This document shows, piece after piece, positions 1 to 18,344 of a DNA stretch of 64,000 nucleotides. Under the pieces are notes generated by a model. The model ran no database searches, had not been told where the DNA came from, and worked only from the letters and a program-made list of their open reading frames with translations. Source of the DNA: the human T2T-CHM13v2.0 reference genome, Homo sapiens; assembly GCF_009914755.1 (NCBI RefSeq), contig NC_060934.1. The stretch is one strand, 5' to 3'. The position numbers and the translations under genes are program-made. Each line of letters starts with the position of its first letter. The stretch's first letter is position 1.

Positions 1-468
<468 letters not shown>

Positions 469-924
469 CTTTTCCTGAGAAACAATGACAGTCTGAGGAG
501 CTAGATCTATTCATATAACAAGGACACGCTTTGGAAAATGCTGTGCTGGACGAGTTGCAGACTGCCAAAAAATAAACAAAAGCAAAACACAAACACTGCT
601 GGCGCTCCCTGTCCCTCATCCCAGAGAGCACTGCACGTGGCTTCTGCACCAGAGTTGGAAACAAATTCGAACCACAGTTCCCATGGCCACCCGAGAAAAG
701 AAAGTGCAGGGCCTTCCTTCCCTGATCTGGATTCTCAGATCACTTAGATCTGCAGAATTTTAGGACTCAACAATCAGGTGGTCACAGAAACAGAGATGTG
801 CAGAATCTCCAATTTCAGAGGCAGCTGCCAGACATGGACATACCAGGGCAGGTCCGGCCCTGTGCGGCCAGTAGGAGGTGCTCCTCCTGATGTGTGCATA
901 TGGTCACAACTCATTTTATTTGTT

Positions 925-1063
925 CATTTATTTTTATTTTTTATTTTTTTACAGACAGGATCTAGCCTTACTCTGTCACCCAGGCTGAAATTCAGTGGTG
1001 TGATCATAGCTCACTGCAGCCTCAAATTCCTGGGTTCAAGCCGTCCTCCTGCCTCAGCCTCCC
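925..1063 (-). mobile_element. Alu fragment (AluJ-like)
   Basis: T-rich tail plus partial right arm. Confidence 0.75.
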
Positions 1064-2112
1064 TGGGTTCCTGCAGCTCTTCCAAAGAGGGCAGACAGTG
1101 AAATTACCATTGATCATGAATTCCTTAAGGCCAGGGCAGGGTCAGGCTCTCAATCAGCATGGAGGAGGAAGGGAGATATTTGAAGTAATCATGAGAGTTT
1201 GAGGAAACCAAGGGCCCACAAAGAGACAGTATCGGGGCACCAGACAGTGCCTGAATGATTCGCTTATGCATGGGAGATGAAACAAAGCCAAGGAGTAGGG
1301 CTCAGGGTGGGACCAGCCTGCGGCAACATGAAACTGGGAGGAACAAGGCAGAGCAGGGAGGAGAGCCAGAAGGAATACCCATCTCCGGCATCGCCTAGGA
1401 AACCAGAACCTGCTGGAGGGCCAGGGGGACCTGGGAAGCACCAGCTGCTTCTTGGCTGGCAGGCGGTTTGTCTGTCCAATATCTTTGCTGGCTCCAGCTG
1501 CAGCACCTGGACCAGGGGCAGAGCCTGAAGGAAGCTCATCGAAGACAGCTGTCCAAGAAGTGGAAAGTGGACCAAGGGTGAACACCCCGCACACGGGGAG
1601 GGGGCGGAGGAAGACGGCTGGCTGGCTCTGTAAATAAAGGAGCCATCTGTGACCTTTGGAAGCAGAAGACTTGCTGCTGCTGAGCGTGGAAACAGGAAGG
1701 ACATTGAGGAAGGGCAGAGAGGTGACAAGCATGGCCAATGCCATTCGCTCCGGCTGCAAAGGAAGAAGAGAAAAGGGCAGACGGCAGAGGGACAGCGGGT
1801 TCAAGTTCAGATTGTTTTCATATTAGGGAGATGCTCAAGGTTCTCCAGACAAATTGTATGGACCCACCAGGTTTCTTGCAGGTCCTGCTGTATGACCCAA
1901 ATGTGAGGTGGGATGGAGGAGTCTCACACAATGACCTTACAGTTGATGAGTAACCATTCATAATAATAGCAAAACAATACTTCAGTCATATTTTAAATTG
2001 GTGGTTGCCTACAAGTGTTATCTCAGTGAAGAGAAAAATTAATGCTAGGAATTGATAACACAGACAGACCTAGGGCCTACCTGGGTATTTCATTCCATTC
2101 ATTCAACAAATA

Positions 2113-2442
<330 letters not shown>

Positions 2443-3224
2443 GCATTCACTCAACAAATATTTCCTGTTGAAATATTTTCTAGGAACTATTCTAAGCACT
2501 AGGGATACAGCAGTAAACAAATATAGACCAACACTGGTGCCCCCGTGGAGTTTACCTTCCAGTGGATTCCAGCAGGAAACAGCTGTACGTGCCCAGTAGG
2601 TATGATGAAAGGATTATCTGCCAAGGTGCGAGTGAGGGGGACCTAGAGAAGGGGTACAGTGGTAACCACTGCCTGGACCACAAGGGAGAAGGCAGGGACT
2701 GCTTAGGGACCCCTGGAAGAGGCTCAGAGGAGTGGTGGCCTCCAGCTAAGGGACCCAGCTCACCCAGGGATATCCCCTGCTAGGTGGGAAGCCAGCTGGA
2801 GGAATAAGCCCACTGACCTCACACTCCTTGGCCTCACCCGGAAGCCAGGAGGCCAGAGAACCTGTTGCTCGTTTCAGAGATCCTGGTGGAGAAGGCAGAG
2901 AGGGGTCTGCGGGGGCAGACACAAGCTGTCTGGCACACGGTACTTTCAATCCATCCTCCATACAGCTTAAATTCTGGGGCCCCTGCAAGTTTAGGAAGTG
3001 TGGGGAAGAGAGAGGAGGATGGCTGCATATGGAAGGGAGATGGGAGCTGGGGAGAACAGTCTCACAGACTAGCTCTTTTCTCTCCTACAAACATGATCTT
3101 GCAGAAACCCTTGTACCCCAGCCAGAGTTCTCTCCTGACCCACGTTCATAGAAAGAACTCTAGACTAGAAGTCGCAGCATCTGGATTTTAGTCATTTTTT
3201 TTTTCAGCTCACTAGCTGTGCTCT

Positions 3225-3360
3225 TTACTTTTATTGATTGATTGAATCAGGGTCTTGCTATATTGCCCAGGCTGGTCTCAAACTCCTGGGCTCAAGTGAT
3301 GCTCCCACCTTGGCCTCCCAAAGTGCTGAGATTATAGGTGCGAGCCTCCGTGCCCGACCT
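3225..3360 (-). mobile_element. Alu monomer (FLAM-like)
   Basis: Single left-arm-like unit. Confidence 0.75.
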
Positions 3361-3366
3361 GCTCAC

Positions 3367-4148
<782 letters not shown>

Positions 4149-4279
4149 GCTAGTGTCAATCCATGACGCTAGCTATGGACAATTGCTTATTCCTTTAGTC
4201 TCAATTTTCTCACCTGTAAAATGCGAAATCTAACTTGAAAGGGCTGCTGTGGAGGTTTAAAAACATTAGGATCGCATGG

Positions 4280-4906
<627 letters not shown>

Positions 4907-4919
4907 TTAAGCTGGCAAT

Positions 4920-5233
<314 letters not shown>

Positions 5234-5491
5234 TAACCACAATAAAAAAAATCGCATAAGGAACAACAAAAAAAGTTGAGGTGATTGAACTGCAAGTGCT
5301 TTGTAAACTGGAAGGCACGCTACACATACAAGGTGACTGCCATGTCCCAGACATGGGCCGGGCCTGGTGCCTAGCAAGTACTCACTCAATATTCACTGAG
5401 TGAGAGAATAATCTCTATTATTGTTATTATTTACGGTGGGAGGAAAGAGAACACAAGAGAGGGGGAACTCCACAGCAGAAGCCTGCCCTGG

Positions 5492-5914
5492 TGATATGGT
5501 TTGGATGTCTGTCTTCTCCAAGTCTTATGTTGAAACGTAATCCCCAGTGTTGAACGTGGGGTCTGATGGGAGGTGTTTGGGTCATAGGGCCCGATTCCTA
5601 ATGAATGGCTTGGTGTCCCCACCCTTTTATCCCCCCCCCAGTAATGAGTTACCATGAGATCCAATGAGTCTGGGACCTCCCCCTACCTTGTGCGCTCTCT
5701 CTCTCTCTCTTGCTCCCTCTCTCACCACGAAATTCCTGCTTCCCCTTCACCTTCTACCCTGAGTAAAAGCCTCCTGAGGCCTCCCCAGAAGCAGATGCTG
5801 GTGCCATGCTTCTCGTACAGCCTGCAGAACTGTGAGCCAAAAATACACCTCTTTTCTTTCTAAAGTACCCAGTCTCAGGCATTCCTTTACGGCAACACAA
5901 AGTAGACTAAGACA
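5492..5914 (+). mobile_element. MST-family MaLR solo LTR
   Basis: tgatatggtttgg...cagcctgcagaactgtgagcc...gactaagaca termini. Confidence 0.85.
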
Positions 5915-8055
5915 CCCGAGGATCAGAGGAAAAGTCTCAGGACTGCTGGGACCCCCAGGAAGAACTCCTGATCCCCCAAGCCTGTGCCAGCTGGAAGAAA
6001 AGTTGTCCACTGTGTCATCACGTCTTGGAAGCATGGTGGAGTCTTGAGATTCCTACACAGAGGCCCCTTGGTGTTCCACAGTCACCATCTCCCTGCCCCC
6101 ACATTTTCTGCAGGGGCGGGAGCTAGAAGCAGATTCTGACACCCCAAGAAAGAAAGGCAGGTGTAGAGCAGAGGCAGGGCGGCTCGTGGATCCACCTATG
6201 TCTGGGGAGACCCTTGGGAACGTCTTAGGAGACCTCTGAACATGAACAGCTTCTCTGCATCCCATACCCAGAGCTGCTCCAGCAGAGAGGCCAGCACCGT
6301 GGGGTTTGTCCCCTACGAGGGAAGGTCGGCTCCAGTCAGGATCTCTGGGCTCTCCCAGGAGGCTTGTCACTTTCTCACCCACTTTGGTGTAACTCCAAGA
6401 ACACGTGGAACAAGGCTGTGCCTGTGCATTTTTTTTTTTCCATTTGCATGGAGGCTTCTCCGCCACTGAGTCACTATAAACATCAACATATGTTTCCTTT
6501 CATCCTGAAAAGACACCTTAAACTCACAGAATCCTTGCTGCATTTGTTGCCTTTGAGAAACATCTCTTATTTGGGGCATCCCCAGGCACCCCGCAGCTCC
6601 AGTTCTTTCTCTGTGCCGTACCCCCCTCAGAAGTCTACTATGGTGAAGGTGTGGGTGTTTCCAGAACTCCAGGCACAAAGACCCAGTATGCGCCCTGCTT
6701 GTATGAAATCACAAGAAGCAGAAGTGGAATTGGCGTGAAGCCTCAGCCGGGAGAGGATGTGTTTGAACTCTCCCCCACGGAGTGTACATGCACTAGTGAA
6801 GGAAACCTGGGTAGCCATGGCAATCTAGATAAAAGGACGCCCACGCATATTCCCACGCACTCCCATGCACCAGGACCACACGTATGCTTCAAAGAATCTG
6901 CCAGACTCCAGCCACGCCTGGGGAGAAGGGAGCCCAGAGAGACAGGGGTGTTTGTCTGGGATAAGGCGTGGGCACCCCAAGCCTGTTCTTAGCCTTCTGG
7001 AATTCCCTTATCCTCATTAGGAACTGTTGTTAACGTCACAGGAGACAGCAGGCGTCTACTGTTGGGTGCGGTGGAGAAAAAAAGTATGGATGTTTTGAAA
7101 GACTTGAAGGTATTGGTTGGGAAAAATCCCTGCTGGATTCTGCAGGGGCCAGTTCAGGACGGGGGAGTGTTAGAGAATAAAGACACTGATTCATCAGGGC
7201 CCTTATGTCCCAGCCTCTGAATGGCGTGGGGCAGATCTTCTCCTCTGACCTGATGGCCGGAAAAGTCTGGAAAGCCTTCTCTGGAATTCCAAACAGAGGG
7301 GCTTCTAAGGCTGGCCTCAGCCCAGCACTGAGCACCCATCCCCAGGAGGAAACCTCAGTCCAAGGACAGAAGCCAAGCAGAACCCCGGGCTCTGGTCCCA
7401 GTCCCCCCTGCAAATGTGCTTGAAAATTCACCCACAAATACAGGGGTGATGCCTTTGCACCACAGACATGCTCGAGACTAAGAAGCGCCTCTGAGGATGG
7501 GTGGAGTGGAAGCTACATTTGGCCCTGAATAAAGAACTGTCCTTTCATAAACGGAGCTGGCATGGCAGGGAGTGACGGGGGAGAGGGGGGCAAAGCCCCC
7601 GCTGGCACTGGGGACAATGAGGGACCTCTATGCTTCAATCCCTGCCGGCCAGCAGGCCCAGGATCTCTGGCTGGACAGAGGGGCCATCTTTGTATCAGCC
7701 ACCTCCCCCGGGGACCCTGCTTCCTTCCCTTGTGGGACAAGCTGACCAAGGGCCAGAGCCTACGAGCAGCCAAAGGGGAGGCTGCTTGGGACCTCGGCCA
7801 TCCAAACTCACAGCAGCAATGCACGCTCTCTGTTGCAGTGCAAAAGATGCATTCAGCCTGCTGGAAGCTACCTGTCCCATCTGAGAGAGAGAGAGAGACA
7901 AAGGGACTGGGAAGGATGGACAGAAAAGGGAAAACATATGGCGAATAACTTGTTTTCTGTCTCCAGCTGGTTCTGGAGAGTGGTTGGAACCACACAGGAT
8001 GCCTGCAGAGAAAACTCCAGATAGTGGATGGAGCCCAGATTAAGAAAGGGGCTGT

Positions 8056-8312
8056 TCACTTTGGGAGACCAAGGCTGGAGGATCACTTGAGGTCAGGAGT
8101 TCTAGACCAGCTGGGCCAACATGGCGAAATCCTGTCTCTATTAAAAATACAAAAATTATCTGGGCGCGGTGGCACATGCCTGTAATCCCAGCTACCAGGA
8201 GGCTGAGGCAAGAGAATCGCTTGAATCCAAGAGGCGGAGATTGCAGTGAGCCAAGATCATAGCACTGCACTCCAGCCTGGGCAACAGAGTGAGACTCTGT
8301 TTAAAAAAAAAA
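8056..8312 (+). mobile_element. Alu, 5'-truncated
   Basis: Alu consensus from cactttgggag to the A-tail. Confidence 0.85.
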
Positions 8313-8789
8313 AGCAGGGGACTATTGTTGACACCCATGCCCAGAAAGAACAGGCGGGATGCAAGAGGGGGTGTCAGGTGCAGAGGACGTGGAGGTCCCA
8401 TCAGAATGGAGGGAAGGCAGGCAGTGGTTGGGGGGAAGCAGTGAGAAGGGCAGGAGAGGGGCAGGTCATAGCTAAGTCTGGACCCTGAGCTGAATTGATC
8501 CGGGGAACTGGAGTAGGAGGAGCCAGTCAAGATCAAAGACACAGTAGGGCCCACTTCACGGGACCAGACAGGGAGCTGCAGCTTCTCTGCAGTGTGCCTG
8601 CACCCCACCTCACAAAGACAGCAGGAAAGTGCCCACAGGAGGGAAAGAGGGAGGAGGAAGGGCCCCACTGAGGACTAAACTGTCACTGAGCATCCTGGAG
8701 AGACACTGGAATCCTCCCTGCCAGGCAGAACTGCCCTCTGCTTAGGGAAAATCACCCTATGGTGTCAGGTGTGCAAAGTGGGAAGCTCA

Positions 8790-8940
8790 GTCAACACGGT
8801 GGCTCACGCCCGCAATCAGCACTTTGGGAGGTCGTGGCGGGAGGATCAGATCACTTGAGGTCAGGAGTTTGAGACCAGCCTGGGCAACAAGGCAAGACCC
8901 CACCCCCGCCCCCCACCCTGCCATCTCTGTAAAAAGGAAA
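8790..8940 (+). mobile_element. Alu left monomer
   Basis: ggtggctcacgcc...gagtttgagaccagcctgggcaac. Confidence 0.75.
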
Positions 8941-9143
8941 ACAGTGTAAAGCTAAAACGTGCGCCCTTGTTTGGGAGATGCTGTTCGCTGAGAAGCTGAC
9001 TTTGGTGGTTTAAAACTTCAGAGGGTTCTCTAAGGTTCTGAGTCTTCAAGGGTGCCTCCTTTCTCTGCCTGGGTTTGGAGGGCACTTGGCAGGAACCGAA
9101 GCACAGTGTTTTGGTGATGAATGGGGGAGGAGGTCGTTCCTGT

Positions 9144-9180
9144 TTGTTGTTGTTGTTGTTGTTGTTGTTGAGTTTTGTTG
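9144..9180 (+). repeat. (TTG)n microsatellite
   Basis: About 9 perfect units plus degenerate flank. Confidence 0.9.
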
Positions 9181-10483
9181 TGTGAGTTGTTGATTCTCTC
9201 TGGGGGAAGGAGCCTCACCTCCTGCTACCCCGGAGGCTGTGGAAGCCCCTGGGCTGGCCGTGCCTGCCTGGCAGGTGCCACGGTGTGCGCACAATTGAAT
9301 TACTTGGAATGGGCCAAGTTTTGGCCACAAAATCCTCTTACTGTCTACCTGGTAGGCCTCTGGGCATGAGTAAGGGGTGCCTTCCCCATCTATCATTCTA
9401 GAAGAGACCCATGCTGGGGTTAGGAAGCAAAGGCAGAGAGGGAGGTGGGAGAAAGAGAGAAACAGCAAAACGGCTTCCTTCCTCTGGTCCCTGCCAGGTG
9501 AGGAAGTGGAGCTGGACTGCAAGGTCAAAGTCAGGACGGTTCAAGGGTGAGTTTGTTCCTGCCTCACAGAACCCTGATAGACAAAGAGTCATTCACTCTA
9601 GGCCTGTGGGCTGACAGCGTAGTTCATTTATTCAGCAAATATTTACCCAGCACTGCTCCGGGCCACTCACTGTGCTGTCATTCTCTGTGGAACAGTCTCT
9701 TAAAAATGAAGTCTCACTGAAAGTTACCACTGACTTGAACCGTGCCCACACTTGGGCGAAAGCCCTGGAATTTCTTGTTCCAGAAACTGTGGGAGGCACT
9801 CCCGCGGGAAGGGGAGGGAGCCATGGCTGGCGGTGGCCAAGGCACACCTCAGAGTGCTGGAGCAAATAGCAGGGTGAGCAACAACCAGGATAGGGTGTGA
9901 GACACGCTGGCATCCTCGGATGGTCCCAGAAACGCTCAGGAGGTGACCCCGGGAAAGGGGCTTACTTACTTTTATAGTAAAGCAAGATAAAAACGTAGCC
10001 AGGCAGCAGTGTCAGTATGAACATACATGCGACCCCACTCAGTGATAAGTGGGATACAGCTGCAGTAACAAACGGGATAATTTGTTTCAGAAGGAATAGG
10101 AGAGGGGACGAGCAATACAGTCAAATACAGTATTGTTTTTTAGACCTACCTTCCGACCAAATTTCAAAAAATCTCAAACTTTATGTCAGGATCCATCACA
10201 GACAAATCTACAACACTTGAACCCTGTAAAATGGAGAAGGGTCTGTACTGGCAGGTGACTCAGAATGTTGTTTGCACTGAGCTCCTTTTTACCAGTTAGC
10301 TTTCCTGAGGAAGTCAGTCTGGCTGAGACCAGCTGAAGAAAGGAAGTGACTCTCAAAGTAGTGGCCAGATGGCTGAGCTGCCGCCATCTTGTGAGGAAGC
10401 CTGAGCGCTGGGTGCAAATCCAGCCATGGCTCTGTCTTCTTCTGGTGTGTGTTCTGTTTTCTCCTGAAGTGTGGGTTTTATGG

Positions 10484-10768
10484 TCATCCGTGGTGTAGCT
10501 CATGGCAGAATTTCCTTCTTTTTTAAGGTTGAATAATAGTCCACTGTATGGATAGACCACGTTTTGTTTATCCATTCATCTGTCAATGAACATTTGGGTT
10601 GCTTCTGCCTTTCGGCTATTGTGAATAATGCTGCTATGAACATCAGGGTACAAATATCTCCTTGACCCTCTAATTTCAATTCTTTCCAGTCTGTACCCAG
10701 AAGTGGAGTTGCTGGATCATATAGTAATTCTGTTTAATTGTTTGAGGAAAAGCCATATTGTTTCCAAC
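10484..10768 (-). mobile_element. L1MB-like fragment
   Basis: catggcagaatttccttc...gctattgtgaataatgctgctatgaaca...gctggatcatatagtaattc. Confidence 0.75.
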
Positions 10769-11326
10769 GTTCTGTGTTCCTCTGCTTTCTCCTGGAGTGT
10801 GAGTTGTATGGTCACAAACCTCAAGCATGCAGATGTAGGCTTTCTGTATTTTTCTATGGTAATGTCATTTCTGTCTTGACAGCAGAAATAATCTTGTCAC
10901 TTCCAGGAAAACCCAAGTCATATTACTGACTTCCCCAGTCATTTTGAATTAGTCGGATCAGGGTTTCCCTGTCGCCACTTCTCTCCCAGAAGGGCAAGCC
11001 ATTGCTGCAGGGGTGGGGTGAGCAGGGGCCATCTTCTGTCCTCCAGGCATCTGCACAGATGCCACTGGCTCTGGCAGAGGTGACTTCTCCAAGACATGAG
11101 CTTTTCCCAGATCCTCCTAATCTATTTTGAACTTTTTTTAAATCATTTGTGTTGAATTGTTTTTAAATTGTGGTAAAGTGCACATAGTACATAAAATTTA
11201 CCATCTCAGCCATTTTGAGGTCTACAGTTCAGTGGCACAAAGCACATTCACACTGTGGTGCCGCCTTCACCATCATCTATCTCCAGAAACTTTTCATCTT
11301 GCAAAACTGAAACTCTGTACCCATTA

Positions 11327-11629
<303 letters not shown>

Positions 11630-12057
11630 TTACAACGCTCCATTTCCCCCTCCCACAGCCCCTGGCCACCACCATTCTACTTTCTGTTTCTATGAATTTG
11701 ACCACTTTCAGTACAGCAACGAGAATGGGAACCAGTAAGGGGAATCGTATAGCATTTGTCTTTTTGTGTTGGCTTATTTCACTTAGCATAATGTCCTCAG
11801 TTCATCCATGTTGTAGCACATGGCAGAATTTCTTCCTCTTCTAAGGCTGTGTCATATTCCATTGTATGGCTAGACCACAGCTTGTTTATTCTTTCATCTG
11901 TCAATGAACATTTGGGTTGCTTCCACCTTTTGGCTATTGCAGATAGTGCTGCTATGAACATCAGGGCACAAATATCTCTTTGAGTCTCTGCTTTAAGTTC
12001 TTTTGGGACCATATCCAGAAGCGGAATTGCTGGATCATGTGGTAATTCCATGTGTAA

Positions 12058-12418
<361 letters not shown>

Positions 12419-12679
12419 GCGGCTGCACTATATTACCTTCTCAACCCCACTGCATGAGAGTTCCAGTTTCTCTGCTTCCTCACCAACACTTGTTATCTTC
12501 TGCCTTTTTGGTAGTAGCCATCCTCATGCATGTGCATGAGGCTTGCTCATCACGATTCTATCTTGAATTTTTAAAAAGTTTACTTCTAGTCCCTTCCAGG
12601 CTCTACCAGAGAAAAAGCCCTTTGTAGGGTATCTACATCACAGTCTCTCTCTGTTCTCTGCGGTCTAAAAGTTTTTTAA

Positions 12680-12988
<309 letters not shown>

Positions 12989-14333
12989 AGATGTTATTTT
13001 TATCTCTTATTTATGGGAAACACAGGTCTCACATCATGGATTCTTTGCATTTTGTGGTTTACTTGGCAGAACCACACGATGTTGAGTAGCAACAAGGATG
13101 TTGACCCCTTCAGCCTCAGGTGGCCAGGTAGGGCACAGTGGACGCTCACCCTGGGCGGTGGCAGGGCGTGACTCAGTGTGCTTGACGAACATGGTGTTGT
13201 CATCGCCCCTTGGCTGGGAAGCTTGGCCTTATGGCATAAGCTTTGGGTGGTGAGTTCCTTGGCCTTTCCTTATTAGCATTCAGAGTTAAGACTCTGGAAC
13301 TTGAAAATCCTTTTCCTTTCCAAAAATTTCAACTCTTGCAAAAGAAATAAACCTGGGCTATCACGTCATGAACTCTGCTATACGTTTAAATAGTATCTTG
13401 AAACTCAACTGCCTGCTCTGTTCTTCCTGGATTACTCTGTAACATTCTTTAAGCCGTTTGCTTCAACATGTGGATGCCCCAAGGCAATAAAGGACTTTAG
13501 GCTCGATGAGATGAGGTTCAGGCAACAAGCGTGAACCTTAACAACCACCTCCTCATTTTCCCCAGCCACACAGGACAGGTGTCCCCACCCTCTCACCTGC
13601 ACTCAGAAGGTGGGCTTTGGACTCGGAGGCCCTGCCTTTCCCAGCCCATAGCCTGCCAAATGATAATGCACTGGTTTCCCAGAAAAAGAAAATAAAAAGA
13701 GAAAGAAGCAGTCTGGGGGCCACCGGGAGATCAGAAAAGAGAACTAAGTCTCTCTGTGGCAGGGCAGTGCTTAGCAGAAGGGAACTGTTTTTAGGAAGCT
13801 CAGATCCTGATGCACTGGCTCAGAGAGACAATGTGGGACATTTGAGGTCAGTGGCTCATCCTTTCTGCGCCCCAGTTTCCAATTCTGCGGAACAGGCACT
13901 AATCATACGACACCATGTGTCGTGGAAATGGATGAATAATCAGGGCCTCCCACAGAGGACGAATGCCCCAAAATGCAAAGTCAGGAGTGGCAGTGAATAC
14001 TGATCACTGGGAAGTGGAGGAGATGCGTTCAGACACCAAGCTGCAACCTTGGCTGTGCACATGCGCTTAAAGCTCTCCTTGAAGGATGCATTTCTGACAA
14101 AAGAAAGAAGTGACTCAGCGTAGTAAGTTTCTGTCATTCATAAAATCTCTCCCTCCTCCTCATGCGAAGTTCCCTGGGAGAAAAATTAAGCTCTTCGCTT
14201 TCTTGAGGCTGACGCAAAATCTTAAAATGTTGTATCTAAAAGTCCCTCCTCCACCTCTGTCACATCTCTTGTTTAATGGCCTTCGAAACTGGTTTGTATT
14301 TGATCAGCAGAACTCAGGCTTCAAACACATTTT

Positions 14334-14462
14334 GGACAGTGTGGTGGTACGTGCCTGGGATTCCAGCTACTTGGGAGGCTGAGTCAGGAGGATTGCTTGA
14401 GGCCAGGAGTTTGAGACCAGCTTGAGCAACATAGTGAGACCCCCATCTCAAAAAAAAAAAAA
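14334..14462 (+). mobile_element. Alu monomer (FLAM-like)
   Basis: Single unit with A-tail. Confidence 0.8.
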
Positions 14463-15049
14463 TGGACAGAACCCAATATATCAAACAGGTAAGCGGGGGA
14501 CTGTTGAGGCCAACTCTGAGGTTGGTACCTGTCCCCTCGGGCCTCTCAGCACCATCTTCTTGCAATTCACGGTCCTAAGCTTTCTCCTTAGAAGCCCGAG
14601 GGTTTCCCATCAAACTGTGTGAAAACATCTCAAGGAGCTTAATTCTCCCATTTGACAGGTGAGTAGACAAATCTAGAGACAATTCTAGACAAATCTAGAC
14701 AGATCTAGATGTCTGGATTCCAGGCTCAGTTCATTTCCCCTTCCTCCATGCCAAGGATGGCAGGGTCATTGGTAGAGACAAGGTCTCACTATATGGTCCA
14801 GTGATGGTGGTGGTGATGAGGGAGTCAAGGTGGGCAGGCAGGAAGACAGACACAGTGCAAAAGAGGAATATGAGCAACACTTTTGAAAAAAAAAAAAAGG
14901 GCAGGTGTTTCTAACTGAAGGAGGTCAGAGGCAGTTTCCTCACAGACAAAGGATAGTGCAAACCAAAGCAAGGAGACCTCTTTCTTCTGACCTGGGAGAT
15001 GGAAGATGACGCTATGTTCTGCTTTAGTCCCTTGGACAAGAGGAAGATA

Positions 15050-15370
<321 letters not shown>

Positions 15371-15619
15371 CCACATTTCTTATGTTACAAAGGGACTTAA
15401 ACAAACTGAGATTGGATAATACTGAAAGAGGCATTTTGTAAGGTGCTATTTCTCAAATCATTGGTGATCTAACCTTAGTGTTGCAATGCATGGGTCTTTC
15501 GCTGGAGTTTTTGCAAACCAATCTGTGGAATCCCTGGAAAGATTAACCAGCCCAGCAAAGCTGCAGTGATTTGGAGATTTCCCTGTTCTGTTCCCTCTGC
15601 CCATCCTTAGCTCTGCCAC

Positions 15620-16133
15620 ATGATGGATAATTTTACGTGTAAGTTTGACTGGGCCTGGGTGCCCAGATTTGACACTATTTCTGGGTGTGTCTGTGAGGAT
15701 GTTTCTGGAAGAAACCAGCATTTGAGACAGTGGGCTCAGGAAACTAGATCAGTCTCCCCTACGTGGGCGGGCCTCATCCAATCTGTTGAGGACCTAAATA
15801 GAACAGAGGAAGAAAAAACACACCCCTTCTTTCCTGCCTCACTCCTTGAACTGGGCTGTCTTCTATCCTCTCCTCTTGCCCTCCGCCTGGGATCTCCCCC
15901 ATTGGGACTTAGGCCACCGGCTCCCTCAGGCCTGCGGACCTGGGCTGAATGATGGCACCGGCTTGCCCGGGTCTCCAGCTCACAGATGGCCGGCCGTGGG
16001 ATTTCTCAGCTTCCATAATCACATGAACACATTCCCCATAATAAATCTCCTTCTATATATTTGTAACATATTTTAATATTTTTATACAAACATTTCCTAT
16101 TGGTTGTTTCTCTGAAGAACCCTGACTAATGCA
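15620..16133 (+). mobile_element. MLT2 (ERVL) solo LTR
   Basis: tgatggataatttta...ctattggttgtttctctgaagaaccctgactaatgca; probable TSD GCCAC. Confidence 0.82.
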
Positions 16134-16289
16134 GCCACATTTCCCTTAGTTATTATTGCAAATGCAGAGGAGGTCTTGAAATTGCCTGAAAAGCTGTTCA
16201 TTCTAAAGGCTGTGTGTGCATGTAGAGTGTAAGGCATCCAGTGGGTACTGTCATCTTCATGGAGCAAATTCAACCACATCAATAGGTTA

Positions 16290-16588
16290 CTTTATTTTAT
16301 TTTTTGAGACAAGATCTCACTCTGTCACCCAGGCTGGAATGCAGTGGCATGATCACAGCTCACTGCAGCCTCGACCTCCCTGGTTTCAGGTGATTCTCCC
16401 ACCTCAGCCTCCTGGGTAGCTGGGACCACAGGTGCATGTACCATACCAGGCTAATTTTTGTATTTTTTTATAGAGTCAGGGTTTCGCCATGTTGCCTAGG
16501 CTGGTCTCGAACTTCTGGGTTCAAGTGATCCTCCTACCTCAGCCTCCCAGAGTGCTGGGATTACAAGCGTAAGCCACCACACCCGGCC
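16290..16588 (-). mobile_element. Alu (AluJ-like)
   Basis: Full dimer. Confidence 0.88.
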
Positions 16589-17165
16589 AATAGGTACTTT
16601 CTAAGCCAGTCACACCCTTTCTCTTAAAAACACCTAGAAGCTATCAACTGTGTTCCTATCCTTTTACCCAGCAACACCACTTCCAGGAATTCACCCAAGT
16701 GAAAGATCAGAGATGTGCAGAGCGATTTATGTAAAAGTTTGTCCACTGAGGTAGGAAATATTTTCCTGCAAATGACCTGAAAAGCATCACTCTATTTTAT
16801 CATATAGTTTTATCATTTAGTGTCATGGAAGGATTAATAATGTACTGGGGGAAAAGCCGGTTACAAAGCACTACACTATCTTATTCCATGTTTATATTAT
16901 ATGTTATAAAATATATACATTTAAAAAATATGTGGAACTTAGATATAAACTAGGGCCTCTCTGTTTTTCAAATCTAGTTATACTTGGTTCCATCCCTCCT
17001 GACCAATTCCATGGATTGTGCAAGTTCAAAGACTTTCTGGGGATCCCCATGATTTGCACGTGTGGGAATTGGAGAGAAGGACATGTTAATATGGCTGTAG
17101 TATGTTGACCGAGACATAAAACTCAGCCCTGTCTTTAACTTATACAAATATACGATTATATACAG

Positions 17166-17186
17166 ACACACACACACACACACACA
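17166..17186 (+). repeat. (CA)n microsatellite
   Basis: About 10 units. Confidence 0.9.
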
Positions 17187-17626
17187 AGCACGAAGCATCT
17201 GGGTGGGTGCACAGGTGGAGAAAAGAAAGGAGTTTATATTTCAGCTTTGTAAACCACTTGAAATTGCACCTTACACTTGTTCCCTACGTGCCTTTGAATT
17301 TTGCCAACTTCTTCGGTTTATTCAACATGAAGTTCAGTTTGTTCAAATAAATAGACATGGAAATTCTAAAATGTAAAGGTCTTACAGTAGCACAGGAAAG
17401 CAAATGGGTGTCAGGAAAGTCATGGCTTGACACGTGTAAATTCAGCCTGTCAAAGTGCCCCAGGTAGCAGCATATGTGGCTATTGTTGTACAGACAGCCT
17501 CGTATTAATTATATTTACTGCTTTGCACATTTAGACCAAGAATTTTTAAAACTCCATTTAGCCCAGCTGACGAAGCTGTCACAGCCCATTTCCCACATAA
17601 TGTCCCATCATTACAAATAGAAAGAT

Positions 17627-18344
<718 letters not shown>

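Noticed and set aside
1154-1953. Overlapping 60-216 aa ORFs
   Set aside because: Purine-skewed, stop-poor sequence with no recognisable protein similarity or consistent exon structure.
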